Assembly (NCBI GenBank): GCA_032718475.1
Contig: JAUCBJ010004074.1
Span: 3,984-67,983 of the forward strand
Source: Nemertoderma westbladi
Lineage: Eukaryota > Animalia > Xenacoelomorpha
Reading direction: 5' to 3'
Length of the DNA stretch: 64,000 nt
The translations under genes and the position numbers were made by a program. How positions within the stretch are numbered: position 1 is the first letter of the stretch; every line of letters begins with the position of its first letter. The notes beneath the pieces are model-generated. The model had not been told where the DNA came from and made no database searches. It worked only from the letters and a program-made list of their open reading frames with translations. This document shows, piece after piece, positions 10,961 to 25,028 of the stretch.

Positions 10961-13644
10961 ATCGATAGATAGATAGATAGTTTATTGACCGTATAACAGT
11001 ACATAATATACAAATAATACAGTCCAAAATAATACACAATTTCAATACAATAAAACAAATATTACACATTTCAATTTCAATACATGTTCAATACTAAATT
11101 AATTCGAACTAAATTCATACTCAAAACAATTCAATGAAACAAAATACAAATTTTGTTTTCGATACTAGTTCAATATACTAAGGCTCAAAACAATTCAATG
11201 AAACAAATAATACACATTTCAATTTCAATACATGTTCAATACTAAATTAATTCTAACTAAATTCTTACACAAAGTCAAAACATTACATTTCAGCAAGCTT
11301 AAGTTACCATATCCCTCTCATCAACATCTTGTCAACTTCATTTCAATTACCAATCATTATCCACCAAAACGAATACCTTAAAAATGTACTTCGCCACCAC
11401 GGACTGGTCATACATTTCAAAAAGGTCCTTGAGTGACGTTGGTATGTTTGTTTTGAAAAATTTTTCCCGTACATTCGCCAGCAGTGGACACTCTATGAAA
11501 ACATCGAAACGCCTTCCGTCTTTTAATTAAAGGAAAGGGACATATTGTGGAGTAGGCACCCTATTTAATTAAATTAAGAGTTTATTATTTCTTCAGTAAG
11601 GATAATATAATTCGGCTAATTAGGAGCCCGCTTGACAGCGGGATACTTACTGTAAGAATCTCAGGGATACTTTCTGTAAAAATCTCAGGATACATTACAC
11701 TGACTGAGTGACTGACATACTGACTGATAATTATCTAGGTTAAGGCACTTCCTGCCTGGCGATTTTGATAAAATTTTGCAAGTACATTGCTTTGGTGGTT
11801 CATAATTGGTGGTTCATGGTGGTTCTATGTGTGGTATTCGATATATTTAGTTTTTTGACATTGTTTTGTCGCGAAATTAAAAGCAATGGTAAAATAACAG
11901 CTGGTGTTCATGATGAAATATGGCTTAATATGTTATACACAGTCATAGAAAAACGTGTTGGTTGCCAAGTTTTACTAGTAGGCTATAAGGAAAGGCAATG
12001 TTTACTCACACATAAGCTGTTGGTTTCTAATGTATTACCCCATAAGCTGATTGCTCTCCCAGTGCTTCCTAAGGGTATATCTACAATAAGGTTACTCACT
12101 CTGCTATGTTAGGGGGTGGATCAGGAGAATGAATTTTAGTTACACAAAGCAGTGTGTTGTGCCCTATTGCAGTCGATACTCACTGTGGATTGCAAAATGT
12201 TTTATAGTTGACCTACACTATAATACAGTAGTTGCATGTATTTAAGGAGCCCGCTCTGGCCTACCGCCTAAGGAGTACCTATATTACATATTCACATAGA
12301 ATTCACTGGGAAGAGATATTCCGCTTGACGACGGGGTAATACCTTTAGAAGGAAACTAAATTTGTTATTTGGTGCATCATGGGCATTTTTTATAAATATT
12401 CGGTAATCGCATCTTATATCTTGTAAACGTTCTTGATAATGAAATTATTTGCTTCATATTATATTTTTGTTAGTGGTAGCTAAGTTGCATTTTTTATTAT
12501 GTGGGGCGAGCCACAAAGTCAGCTAGCCTCGCGCCTTGCAGTTTAGACAATTTTAGTTTACTTACTGCTGACTGACATAGTTCTTTGTAATAGTCTTGGC
12601 TAGTAGATTAATATTATGTTACAGTACTTACCGATATTACTGTAGTTATTATATTTAGTCTCTTTAACTTGAACTCAATAGGAATCAGATCTTGGATAAT
12701 CGTTTGAGCGGCTGCACGTTGGGTTCACATAGAACATCATCATTCTTAAATATATTCTGACATCAACAATATAATGACGTAGAGATTCAACTTTAACTGT
12801 AGGCCTTTCACTCTACTGTAGGTGATACTAGAATATTAAATAATATCTACCGAACTGCAGCAGTAATAATAGTTTGGTACACTGGTGTAAACACGAGATG
12901 GGAAACTGAAAGTAAAATAGTACCGGTATACTTATGGAAGGGGTTACCTAAACGAGTGATAATAGAATACAGTATACAGTAGAGAATGATAGGAGGATTA
13001 GGCCCTACATCATATGGTACACTGGCGGCAAATTGCCAATTGGGGTGTCGTTTCAGCCTTCTCATAGGGTTAATGTTAAATATTGAAAAATTAGTGCCCA
13101 TAAGTAAAAATTTAACTGTAAACTGTGTTCCTGAATTTAGTTTATTGTTTTGATTAGAGCCATTATAACATGTTACTTTCCTTTAAAGGGTACCTTAAAT
13201 GATAAATATCGCAATTAAATATTCACCCCAATTGGTAATATGCGCACTGGTGTGTTGGCCTAGGACCGGAGTGTAGAAACTGAAAGTAAATAGGACCGGT
13301 ATTAGTTATAATTACCTAAGACGTATTGTATATACAACTACATATATACATATATATATGTACATGTACATATATATATATATGTATTCCAAAACTGGAG
13401 GTAAAATTATTTATCCAATCAACGAGATAAAGGTTCATTCTGTTGAATTCGCATTAATTATTCTAGACCAGTAATAACGTTGATAATTATTAATTAATTT
13501 AGCATCAAAATGGGCATCCAAGAAAATACGCAACGCAAAGAAACTTTGGCGCAACTCAATGGTGCGAAAACGCAACGAGAATTACTCAATGTTTTTATTG
13601 TGAGCTGTTTAATTATACTGAAGGATAAATTCTGGTTACCGCAG

Positions 13645-14810
13645 TATTCGCGCTTTCAGACCTTTGGCAGTTTAACCCGCCAAATTATGATGTCTTCTAG
13701 ATAATAAATCACTTTTAGCCTATGACAAGTATTTAATTCACTACACTAGTCGAAACCAATCTGTGCGCGATCATTCACCCGCTGGATATACCCGGGAGAT
13801 TGGGTTCGACGGCTTAATCTTATTGCTATGTAAGCTTAATGTATTATTCGACTGACAGTATTATATAATCTCTGACAATATTATTCACCTTCGGGGAATA
13901 TTAACAGTTCCTTTAGGACGTGGCGCTCTATCTATATAAACAGAGTTATGACTTAAACTACTCACAACGATATGGCTTAGTTATAATTCACATATATGGC
14001 GCATTCTTTAGGAAATGCTTCGTTATCAGTCTCACTCATACACAATGCTGCACAATACTGCACACTGATCTGCCGATCTTCACTGATTTTAGTTATATAT
14101 AAAAGGAACACGGACCGACTCATGTAGGGTCTATCAAATAACATTAGATTCACTTCAAACCACTTTAACATAAGTCACAATCGTTATATGTAACCTTTCT
14201 CTCTTACCTTCGGTATATCAAGAATATTGGGTTTCGGGGTTATTTATCGTTATTCCAAATATAATAATTCATCAACCATATTATGAAGAACTGACAGTAA
14301 ATAGCAGTATAACAATAGAAAGACCAAACATCAGTTTGATAAATCAGTTTGGTTTGTTTTGATAACGGATATATGTCCTTATAATTAAGCCTACTAGTGT
14401 TAGACTAAAACAGAAAAGCACAAAATATTTCCAAGCCGTTCTCTCCTGGCTCAGGACAGAAAGACCAACAACACTAAAAACTGATAAGAATAACCTTATT
14501 TACAAAATCTTCCACCCACCACAGAGAATGAGCATACAGATAGGAAAATTCAGTTCAGTAGATCTGTGATAGGTCGAAATCAAAACCAACTCAAATCCTA
14601 TTGGCAGATACAGAAAGCAGGGCTGTGGGGCAACCTTCCCAAGCTGGTTGGACGATCAAACGTAGCCCAGATCCCTTCGCACAGCAAATCAGCCAATCAG
14701 CCGGTAGCTTGCACTATTCGAGTTATAGATCCCTTTTTAGAGTATTCCAGCGCCTGGGGGGAACTGGTTAGCAAGGCAAACGAATCAGTTATCCCACAAA
14801 AGCTTTTACA
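13645..14810 (-). repeat. 3' LTR of A1 (1166 bp)
   Basis: Direct repeat of 35446-36611 with ~3 differences seen. Starts TGTAAAAGC on the - strand and is preceded by a purine-rich GGGAGCGG (PPT, 14811-14818). Confidence 0.97.
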
Positions 14811-14888
14811 CCGCTCCCAGAAAATGGGATTTAAGTCTATAAAATATACAAAATCACAATTTCTAATATACATAAATACTCTAAACAG

Positions 14889-16219
14889 TTAGTCTTTCTT
14901 GCGCGGACGGCGTTTACGCAGTTTTTTAAAGCTAGCCAGAGTCTTTTTCTCTTTGGGGCGAGCCACTTTACGAGGAGGGCTGTAGCTCCTAGGCGAAGGG
15001 TGCAATATAATTGCATCAGAAGGTGCAGGGTTACGATCGGTGTCTCGTCCATTTCGATATGCTTCTCCTCGAGCTGATTTTCCTCCGCTTGTCATGGGAT
15101 ACGTTCGTCCAAAACTCTCGCAGAGAATAGGGTTTTCTAAGCTTGATATCTTCTTAGAGATTCGAGATTTCCCAATCGAACTGAGATAAGGCCAATTCGT
15201 TTATCGATTGGACTTACTGTTATAACTTACGTTTATCTGAACAAACGCAGGTTTCTTTTTTGATCTTTATAGAATAGCGTTTAACTCGTTTCGTACAACG
15301 CTCTCCTTCACCTTGATGAAGGGTTGTATCGCGTTAATCGGGGACGACCATACGGTTGGATAGTGATATTAGGTGTCCGCGTCACAATCCGGCTAGGTAA
15401 GATGGGCGGCTAGCTAGAAATCACTGTCGGAGTGTTACCGATTAATTGTTAGGGTAGCACTAGATCTTTGAACAGTGAATACAGTCCGCGAGGATCCGCG
15501 ACACCACCAGGATCGTAGGTCTGAGGTCCAACTAAGGAATGAGGAGGTTTGACCGAGTATTCCGGGACTCTGATCGTAGGTTTACTCCAGGATCGTTCGA
15601 GCCGAGTGAGCATAGGTGGTACGTCAAACAAGTTTCGCTCGAAACTCCAATAAATATAACGAGCACAACTGTGTTTAACACAACGTTTCCGTGGATGTTT
15701 ATGTCTTTCCGTTTATTGGCTGGGTCTAGGGCATTTATCGTAATAATACCAAAGACGCACGTCTTGTAGGGGAAACGCGGATGATATTTATTTGTTGTTA
15801 CAATGCTTCTATCAAGAATTCCAAATATATGTTGGAGTTACCGCGTTTATTTGTTTCTTTAATGTCTTTTCTTTCGAGTCGATTTCGAATAGGATTTTCG
15901 CATTAGAATTTTGGTTTATCGTTTCGACTCCTCTGGGTAGGATATGTTCGACATAGTCCGTATCGTGTAAATCGATAGAATGGTCAATGGTTAAGAAGTC
16001 CATATATATACCATTACAATGCGTGTAGCGAGCGGTGAATTTTCCATAGTCCAATTCACGCGTAAGTTACTTCCAGGAAATCGTAGGTTCGATATAACAA
16101 CCATCATCCTTCGTAGTAGTTGGATCAGCGTCGCCGCGTATCAAGCTATCGACAAACGCTTGTAAAGGTAGAGTATATCTCTCCCTGATACCAAGATCAT
16201 CTTCTATTAATTCAGTCAT
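14889..16219 (-). pseudogene. Decayed ORF3 of A1
   Basis: Homologous to the start (MTELIEDDLG) and end (KKLRKRRPRKKD) of 54332-58584. It has stops, frameshifts and deletions, including ~2.7 kb lost at ~15045. Confidence 0.9.
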
Positions 16220-17419
16220 ATCTGCTATACGAGTTCACCAATATTATAATGAGTTTATATATTTATTAGGCGAGCGGGCGTCGCTGCCTACTTCTCCCTT
16301 GCCCCCGGACAGTGTGAGATTCTCAGCGCCGATGTACCGCTGTCGCTATACTTTCGCCAACGACGTAGCCGTACAACGACAACGATAACCGGCACAAGTC
16401 ACTCAACTGTCCGTCCCAAAGGCTTAGATGTACTTCGGTTTTCCTTGGAGAGTTAGGTTACTTTCACGATTGCGACTAGCTACTGTAAACACACTTTAGC
16501 AGTAACATTCACCTATAAACTCACAAACACCACACAACTGGTCACAACTACGCACATTCGGGCCATTTGTCCGTTAGTCAATGCCTTCCAGAATGTCACT
16601 GTATTATTATGTATCCTTGGATACTAGCAGTGCGCTATTTATTCCCTATGCTATTCAATGGGACAAGCTTTCTATTGTTCTTTTAACTCAATTCTAATTC
16701 TAGCGTGGTTGTTGCTATGGTGACATTATGCAAAGCTAGCGGTAGAATTAGGGTAATTCCAATGCATACAGATCTGGGATGTTATTTAATAGTATTCTTT
16801 AATAGTCAATGTTCTGTTTTATACATGACTTTATGAATTTTATCGGCTATTGACTATGTTTGGGAGACTTTCGCACACTCATATGCATAATAAGATAAAT
16901 CTCCGCTCCCTTGATCTATTAATTAATGGAATTTTGGGAATGTTATAAATTGCGCAAAAATGGCAATTTATTAAATTCATTAAAAGGCATGAATTTAAAT
17001 TATTCCCTGAAATTTTATTATTTACTAATTAGATGGACATATTTTGATTCTAGAATATGTCTGGGGACACAAGATCCTTAATTCTATGACAATTGTCTTT
17101 TTAAGAATATCGGTAAATGCTACGATATCTTAATTGACTAGAATTGTTGAAGGATCTGAATTTTACAGATTTTGATTTATTGGATTTGCAAATATTAAAT
17201 AATTAATATTTGAGATGGGCACCGATTTATTCCAGAACTTGTCTGGGGACGTTAACCACTGATTCTAAAATTTGTCTTTCAAGTATATCGGTGGGTGCCG
17301 CGATATCTTAATCGACTAGAATTACAGATGGTCAAAGGGTTTAACAGATTTATTTTGCGTTATACGCTACTGTTAAAGGGACATCACGCTACTATATGTA
17401 TTATTTAATATACGGTATG

Positions 17420-17874
17420 TGTCATAAAATATATATATTCAAGTAGGGAAATAAAGTTAGTTTGTTTTCGTTAATGATTTAATGTTAATGTGCATAGTAC
17501 AGTAGTTGGCAACAGCAGGGGTTCATTGACATCAACTCATACATTATATCATTGATATACATACAGTATCGTCTATATTATTATCTATTGTTTGTACAAC
17601 GCTAGAATTACCTCATCGTTTGGACGACATGCCCCTGCTGTTCGTCCTAATTAAAAGGGTCAATTAGTATTGCTACAATAATAGGAGTATACATATAGTG
17701 TTGGTGCGGTGATGGTAAAACCAGTTGCTAATTGTCGTTGTAATATGTGTCATTTTTGTAAATAGTTAGTTAATTATTAAATTAGAGAAATATGTAATCA
17801 TAATATTGTGTTTTTTAAACTGTTCATGGGCGGTTCAACAATCAGAAGAATATACATTCATCCCGTTCATGACA
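17420..17874 (+). repeat. 5' LTR of element B (455 bp)
   Basis: Direct repeat of 24126-24576, with TG...CA ends. Confidence 0.97.
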
Positions 17875-17887
17875 TGGCGCCCGATGT
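17875..17887 (+). promoter_or_regulatory. Primer-binding site of element B (tRNA-Lys-like)
   Basis: TGGCGCCCGA directly after the 5' LTR, matching the classic tRNA-Lys-type retroelement PBS start. Confidence 0.8.
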
Positions 17888-18216
17888 TAAACGGCAGTAA
17901 TATTCAACTGGGTAAGTCAAACTTCATTAGGATTACAGAATCACAGTAATTATATTCAAGTTGCTCAATGGGTTGTTCAAAGATATTCAAGTTGCGTTGG
18001 TATCTTCTATCTAATTGCAACAACCAAGGACAATATGAAATTATCGAAATCTGTTAATGCAAATTAGCGTCAACTACAGTAACTTCATAAACGTCTGACT
18101 TACTCAATTGTACTGGTACGTTACAGTAAGCACCAGTGCGATGCAAAACAGGATTGCTTCTGTCGCTTACATATTAATTCACAGGTTCAACACAGGATTT
18201 CCCAACATCAGCAAAC

Positions 18217-21200
18217 ATGTCAGAAATGGACGGGGAATTAACACAACTCAAACGTTCTCGTGGAATACTACGGGGAAAAGTCACTAGAGCGCAGAAGAGA
18301 CTGAATACGCAACTTGACGAAGCTGAGAGGACAACATTGATGGAGACGTTTAAAGATTTGAATCAACGACTCTTAGAGGCCGATATGCAAATCGGTATAC
18401 AGCTCGAAGATGACGAAATGGAAAGCGATCTGGACTATTCAGATGAGTATCAAACAATAATAAACAATGCAATTGCTTTCTTACGCAAGTCTATGCCCAC
18501 CAATCAGCATCATGCTGGTTATCACTCAAATACCACACTCAATGAACCTAGTTTTCAAGGTGTACATAATTCAACAGAATACATGTCCCACTTATCTATA
18601 ATTCAAAATCAAACAGAAGGGAGAGTTTTAGCACGTTCAATGCTGTCCAAACTAAAACCCCCTACATTTGGTGGTAATTTGTTGGATTTCAAAGGCTGGC
18701 ATGAAGCATTTCTCACAGCTATTGATGAAGCACAGGTGCCTGATGTTATAAAATTTCAGTACCTACGTCAGAGTCTCAAGGGAGAAGCCCTTAAGACTGT
18801 TGGAGGGCTAGCAGTAAACGGAACTAATTATTCAATAGCCATGAAATTATTAACTGAAAGATTTGGCAATGAAAGACAAATTATCAGGGCACACATAGAG
18901 CAAATAAGAGCCATTAGAAAAACCAAAACAACGTTACGAGAAATTTATGATCATTGCCAATCGCATGCAAGGGCTTTAGAAGCACTAGGTGTTTCAACTG
19001 ACAAATATGAGCTGACAGTAGTTCCAGATGTGTTAGCTGCACTTCCAGAGAGAATTGCACTAAGATTTTGTCGTAAAAATAAAGAGAAAGTCGAAAACCT
19101 TGAATGGATAATGGAACAAATCAAGGGGGAGTTGGAAGTGTAAAAGCCTTTGCTGAATTGCCCCGTTATTTTTATTATCTTTTACATTAAAATACTCTGT
19201 AGTTGACATTCTAATTTGGCGGGTTAAACTGCCAAAGGTCTGAAAGCGCGAACAGGAAGCTCAGGAAATGCTATCCAATACAATAAACCCACCCCATTCA
19301 ATAGACACTTTGTTGAGCAGTGATGGCCAAAACAGCTATCAACAATCGGTAGAAACCCCCAATGCACCCTTTCGTGATAAACTTAAGGAAAAACACGTCA
19401 ACAGACACACATACGGCGCAACAGCTGCTAATTTTGTGGCTAGTGTAACAAATGATGGAAAGGCTCACTTAAATGCCCAGTCGAGCTCAGGTACAGCAAA
19501 ATTGGGATCAAAACAAACAATTGTACCACATTGTTTGTTCTGTAGACAAATTCATTACTCAGCTGATTGTTCGACAGTAACTGACCCTTTGGAAAGAAAG
19601 GAAATACTAAAAGAAAAAGGCCGTTGCTATATATGTTTAAGCAAAGAGCATATGGCAAATAAATGCCAATCGATAAAACAATGCAAATTTTGCAACAATC
19701 GTTTTCACCATCCTGCAATCTGCCTGAAACGAGGTGTAGGCCCACAACGTCAATCTACAGTACTTGTTACTTCAACAGAAACAACCAATACACAACTGGA
19801 AGTACCAAAACCTACAAATATTACGTTGTCATCCACAACAAATTCTAACACAACCTTACAAACGGCGACTATCAATGCATACGATGACCAAAATAACGTT
19901 TTTACTATCAATTCTTTGTTCGACCCCGGCGCTCAACGCACTTTTATTTTACGGGAAGTGCTCGAACGACATTCATTAACAGTGATAGGAAGTGAAGTAT
20001 TGGCACCGCAAGGTTTTGGATCAAGTGCAAAAGCTTCGGAATGTTTCACAATTGTTGAAATAAAATTACAGTTGAGGAATTTGGAATTTGGAACAATTAA
20101 AGCATTAGTTATAGAAAAGATTTGTGATCCAATCTACAACATGGTTCCACATAACGTTATAAAACAAAGTAAAACGCTAAGCTCTCTGCAATTAGCAGAC
20201 GCAACTGTAACCAATGCTGCATTGTTTAAAATCGAGCTTTTAATAGGTGTTGACGAGTATTGGAACATAGTTTCTGGTTCCATAATTCGGGGCGCCCAAA
20301 ACGAGCCGGTGGCCATAGACAGCGCCGTGGGCTGGTTATTATCCGGCCCCGCATATATCCCTGACTACGAGGAAACTCTTGTAATCAAATCGAACCAACA
20401 CCTTTCCCCATCAACCACCTTAACGCTTGAATCGCGGTTGATTGCAAACCAATGCGTTGACATCGGTGACTCAGTTAAAGATCCTGAGTCACAAATTCTA
20501 ACTATGTTAAAACTATTCTGGTCCCTAGAGTCAATCGGAATTACAACACTTGGCGAAGAACTCAAACCCATAATAACTGACATTAAATTCAAAGAGGGAA
20601 AGTACGTAGTTCGTTTACCATGGAAGTTGGATCCATTCCAATTACCAGAACACTACCATAGATGCGCTACTCAACTGAAATCACTCATAACGAAATTGTC
20701 AAAGACTGGGTTGTTGATTAGCTACAATGACGTCATTGAGGACCACTTCAGTAAAGGGTATGTTGAGCTAGTCGATATTACGCAGCCGACTACCAATCCA
20801 ATTCACTATGTACCTCATCATGGGGTAATAAAAGAAACACGCCAGACAACAAAACTCAGAGTGGTATTCAACGCGTCAGCTATAGACACAAAGTACGGCA
20901 TTAGTTTAAATTCATGTTTAAATTACGGTCCTAATTTCTTACCATTATTGTTTCAAGTATTAGTACGTCTTAGAACCAACCGCATTGCAATAGTCGCTGA
21001 CATTGAAGCAGCATTTATGCAATGCGTAATACATCCTGACGATAGAGATATGCTACGTTTTCTTTGGGTTAAAGACATAAATGACATCGATGTAAATAAC
21101 CCAAAATTGCAAGCATATCGCTATACGCGGGCGATGTTTGGACTCTCGCCATCACCAGATATTTTATTTTCTATTGTCAGGAAACATTTACAAAGTAAAT

Positions 21201-23926
21201 TAGATACTGCCAACGAAAACAAACGTATTGTAATTGAAAAACTATTGCGGGATATGTATGTAGATGACTTTGCGTCTGGTGCAGACACTGTGTCGTCTGG
21301 TCTTCTCTTGTATGAGAATGCAAAGCAATTGATGTTAGAGGGTGGATTTAATTTAAGAAAATGGCTTACAAATTCTGTCGAGCTACAACAAATTATAGAT
21401 CAATTTGAAAAACCCAAAATCGTAAGTTTAAAAACAAATTCTGTACCAATATTATCAGAGGAAGACCAGACGTACGCAAAGGAGTCATTGTGTTTATCAA
21501 CACCACCTAGCGGTGAAACAAGGATTTTGGGACAAGTGTGGGATATAAGTAAGGATTACTTTGGGTATAACCTTGACCACGTCATATCCTTTGTTAAGAA
21601 TCTAAAACCAACGAAAAGGGCTATATTGCAACTAACGGCTCGGATCTACGATCCATTAGGGCTTATATCTCCCTTTTTAACGCCCTTACGAATCGTATTT
21701 AGGGAATTAGCTAACAGTAAGGTAGACTGGGACGAACCACTACCTACTCATTTATTGAGCAAATGGGAATCATGGTTAAACAGTTTAGAAATTTTAAATA
21801 GCATTACAGTACCTCGATGTACAAACTTACTATGTAGTAAAGTTAAACTGGCACCTAAACAAAAACAATCAGTACCACGGTTAGAATTACTTGGCGCACT
21901 AATACTGGTAAGACTAGTACTGTTAGTGTATCAAGGTTTGGTACTACAAATAACACGTTCAGTATTTTGGACCGATGCATTAGACGTACTGTATTGGATA
22001 CGACCAACAAATAATACTCACAAACAATTTGTACACAATAGAGTACAGGAAATCCGTGACGTAACACAGAAATTGGGAGCAGAATGGAGGTGGTGTCCAG
22101 GGCCGTGTAATCCAGCGGACATTCCAACAAGGACAATGGCACCAGACAAATTATTAAATAACAAACTATGGTATGAGGGTCCAGACTTTATATCGGGGGA
22201 GGAATCTGGTTGGCCAGAGTCACCAGTGATTACTGAGGCTCAAGTATCCAAGTGTGCTCTGTTAGATATAAAGTCCACCCTCATAATGACAACGACAATT
22301 AAGACAATCAATACAGACGATACAGGATTATCTCAGATAATTAATGTAAATAATTTCAGTACAAAAAGGGACGTACAACACAGAATAGCTTGGATTCTAC
22401 GGTTTGTAGAAAATATTAAAGCAAAACGTTTACACAAAGACCCCGTGTTATTACCATACTTAACAGCCAAGGAACTACATTTAGCCGAAATTAAAATAAT
22501 TCTAGATTCACAACGTGTAAACTATTCTCGGGAATTGTCTTATCTTCGTGATAAATCAACTCAGTGTCCTAACGTTGTTAAACAATTAAATCTTGTGTTA
22601 GATGAATTAGGTATTATCAGATGTCAGGGTAGAATAATCAATGATACTATCCCATTCCATACCAGAAATCCTATTCTTCTTGCACCAGGTGACCATTTTA
22701 CAAAACTCGTCATATTAAACTCACACGAGCGCGTTTCACATTCCCGAGTGAGAGACACACTAGTAGAGGTTCGTGAGAGATTCTGGATACCATCCGCTAG
22801 ACGGAAAATTCAACAAATTTTGTCTTCGTGTGTCATTTGTAAAAGGTTTCAAGGAAAACCCTATACAATGCCAGCAATCAGCCCCTTGCCAGTTTCTAGA
22901 ACGATTGAAACGCGCGGCCCCTTTGATCATTGCGGAGTCGATCTTTGTGGACCACTTCATACAGTTGCCAAACCAACCGAGACCGAGACTGAGACAATAC
23001 AACCAACAGAAAAGGCGTGGATTGTTATGTTTACGTGTGCTGTAATAAGAGCCGTTCATTTGGAAGTAGTAACGTCTTTATCAGCGGTCGCTTTCATTAA
23101 CGCATTTCACAGATTCATAGCCAGAAGAGGAATACCGAGTATTATGTTTAGCGATAATGCTACAAACTTTAAGCGCAGTGCCAAGGAGCTAAGAGCGTAC
23201 CGAATATTCTTGACAGATCCTGAGGTAGTCAGGATTTTTGGAGATCATAATATTACCTGGGAAAACAATATTGCAAACAATCCAGCAGCGTATGGATTCA
23301 TAGAACGTTTAATTGGCACTTGCAAATCCGGAATTCGTAAGTTAATAGGACGAGCTGTCTTATCACTTGACGAGTTACATACTGTTGCGCTTTCGGTAGA
23401 AGCATCAGTAAATAGCAGACCAATCACATATGTTTACAGTAAGTTAGATGACGATGTACAGCCTCTCACCCCGAGTCACTTTCTTGTAGGAAAACGGCTC
23501 TGTGCAATACCAGATTTATCAGATAAAGGGATTCTACCAAACCCTGAATCTAAATCTAAATCGGCAAGAAGAATGATACTTGATAGGGTTAAATATCAAG
23601 AGGCAGCGAAAAATTCAGTGTGGAAGTTGTGGCGTACAGATTATTTGAGAGAGTTACGTTCTTCTCACATTAGTAACAACGTAGCCCCCAAATCAGACAT
23701 CATCCCGAAGGTAGGCGCTATGTGTCTATTACATAACGAGTCTATTCCCCGTTGCATGTGGAAGTTGTGTAGGATAGATGAATTAATTGTTTCAAGGGAC
23801 GGCCGTGTGCGGTCTGCGAGAATTTCAATAGCGCCCAGAAATAAGGAAGCGAGATCACTCGTTAAATCCATACTACAATTATATCCATTAGAGGTATCTA
23901 CTACAAATACACCACAAATAGATTAA
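18217..23926 (+). pseudogene. Gag-Pol of element B, interrupted by a 116-bp insertion and missing part of RNase H
   Basis: Pao Gag (KPPTFGG..KFQYLRQSLKGEA), three Cys/His knuckles, protease LFDPGAQRTF, RT YVDD, integrase H..H/CVIC, DLCGP, SDNATNF, ERLI. The frame is restored if 19139-19259 is removed. Confidence 0.93.
19139..19254 (+). mobile_element. 116-bp miniature solo-LTR of family A
   Basis: TGTAAAAGC...GGTTAAACTGCCAAAGGTCTGAAAGCGCGAACA are the family A LTR ends. TSD GGAAG at 19134-19138 and 19255-19259. Confidence 0.93.
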
Positions 23927-24125
23927 AATAGTCATAAAGAAATACAATACGAACATTCTTCATACTTTATCATATTTGAAAATTATAATGTGCAATTAAT
24001 TACACTAAACAATATAACATATTGTTTACTGTATATTAGTCATTTTTTGAAATTTTTTAAATGCAATAATGTATAACCCCACGTGGTGAAGGTTATGATT
24101 TGAAACTATTAGTTTCAAGGGGGAG

Positions 24126-24576
24126 TGTCATAAAATATATATATTCAAGTAGGGAAATAAAGTTTGTTTTCGTTAATGATTTAATGTTAATGTGCATAGT
24201 ACAGTAGTTGGCAACAGCAGGGGTTCATTGACATCAACTCATACATTATATCATTGATATACATACAGTATCGTCTATATTATTAACTATTGTTTGTACA
24301 ACGCTAGAATTACCTCATCGTTTGGAAGACATGCCCCTGCTGTTCGTCCTAATTAAAAGGGTCAATTAGTATTGCTACAATAATAGGAGTATACATATAG
24401 TGTTGGTGCGGTGATGGTAAAACCAGTTGCTAATTGTCGTTGTAATATGTGTCATTTTTGTAATTAGTTAGTTAATTATTAAATTAGAGAAATATGTAAT
24501 CATAATATTGTGTTTTTTAAACTGTTCATGGGCGGTTCAACAATCAGAAGAATATACATTCATCCCGTTCATGACA
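24126..24576 (+). repeat. 3' LTR of element B (451 bp)
   Basis: Preceded by the PPT AAGGGGGAG (24117-24125). Confidence 0.97.
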
Positions 24577-25028
24577 GTATGAGAGCAATATCGCACGAAG
24601 CAATGTCAGTGTGAAGAGGCAAGTCGTTTCCAAGGTCTACCCAGAGCTTGGTTTAGCCGAGACACGAGGATCTGAACTTTGCATTCCTAATACTCTGCCT
24701 ACCAATAATACTTGAATATAGTAGTGGCTTTATTGTACTTTAATAAGTACGGACATTTCATCTTACTGTAGTTACGTATTTATAATATGATACGGACAGT
24801 AAGGAAAAGAAAGAATTATTTCTCGCCGTCGCACTAAATATATAATATAAGTAATTACGTACGCAATAAACACGAATATATTGCACTATTCTACTAAATA
24901 ATAGCTAAATAATATTCTACTAAATTAAATAAAACGATTATAATAAAATTACATAGCAATACATACATAAATATAAAAATAATAAAATAATATAAAATAA
25001 TAGAGTCACACGCCCACTCCGAACGATA

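Larger units (their letters stand above)
17420..24576 (+). mobile_element. Bel/Pao LTR retrotransposon family B, nested in A1 in the opposite orientation
   Basis: LTRs 17420-17874 and 24126-24576 (TGTCAT...ATGACA). TSD GTATG at 17415-17419 and 24577-24581. Empty site in A2 at ~53150. Confidence 0.97.

Noticed and set aside
13920-14892. Short ORFs within the LTRs (duplicated at 35721-36621)
   Set aside because: No motifs, and the frames are not conserved in the A2 LTR.
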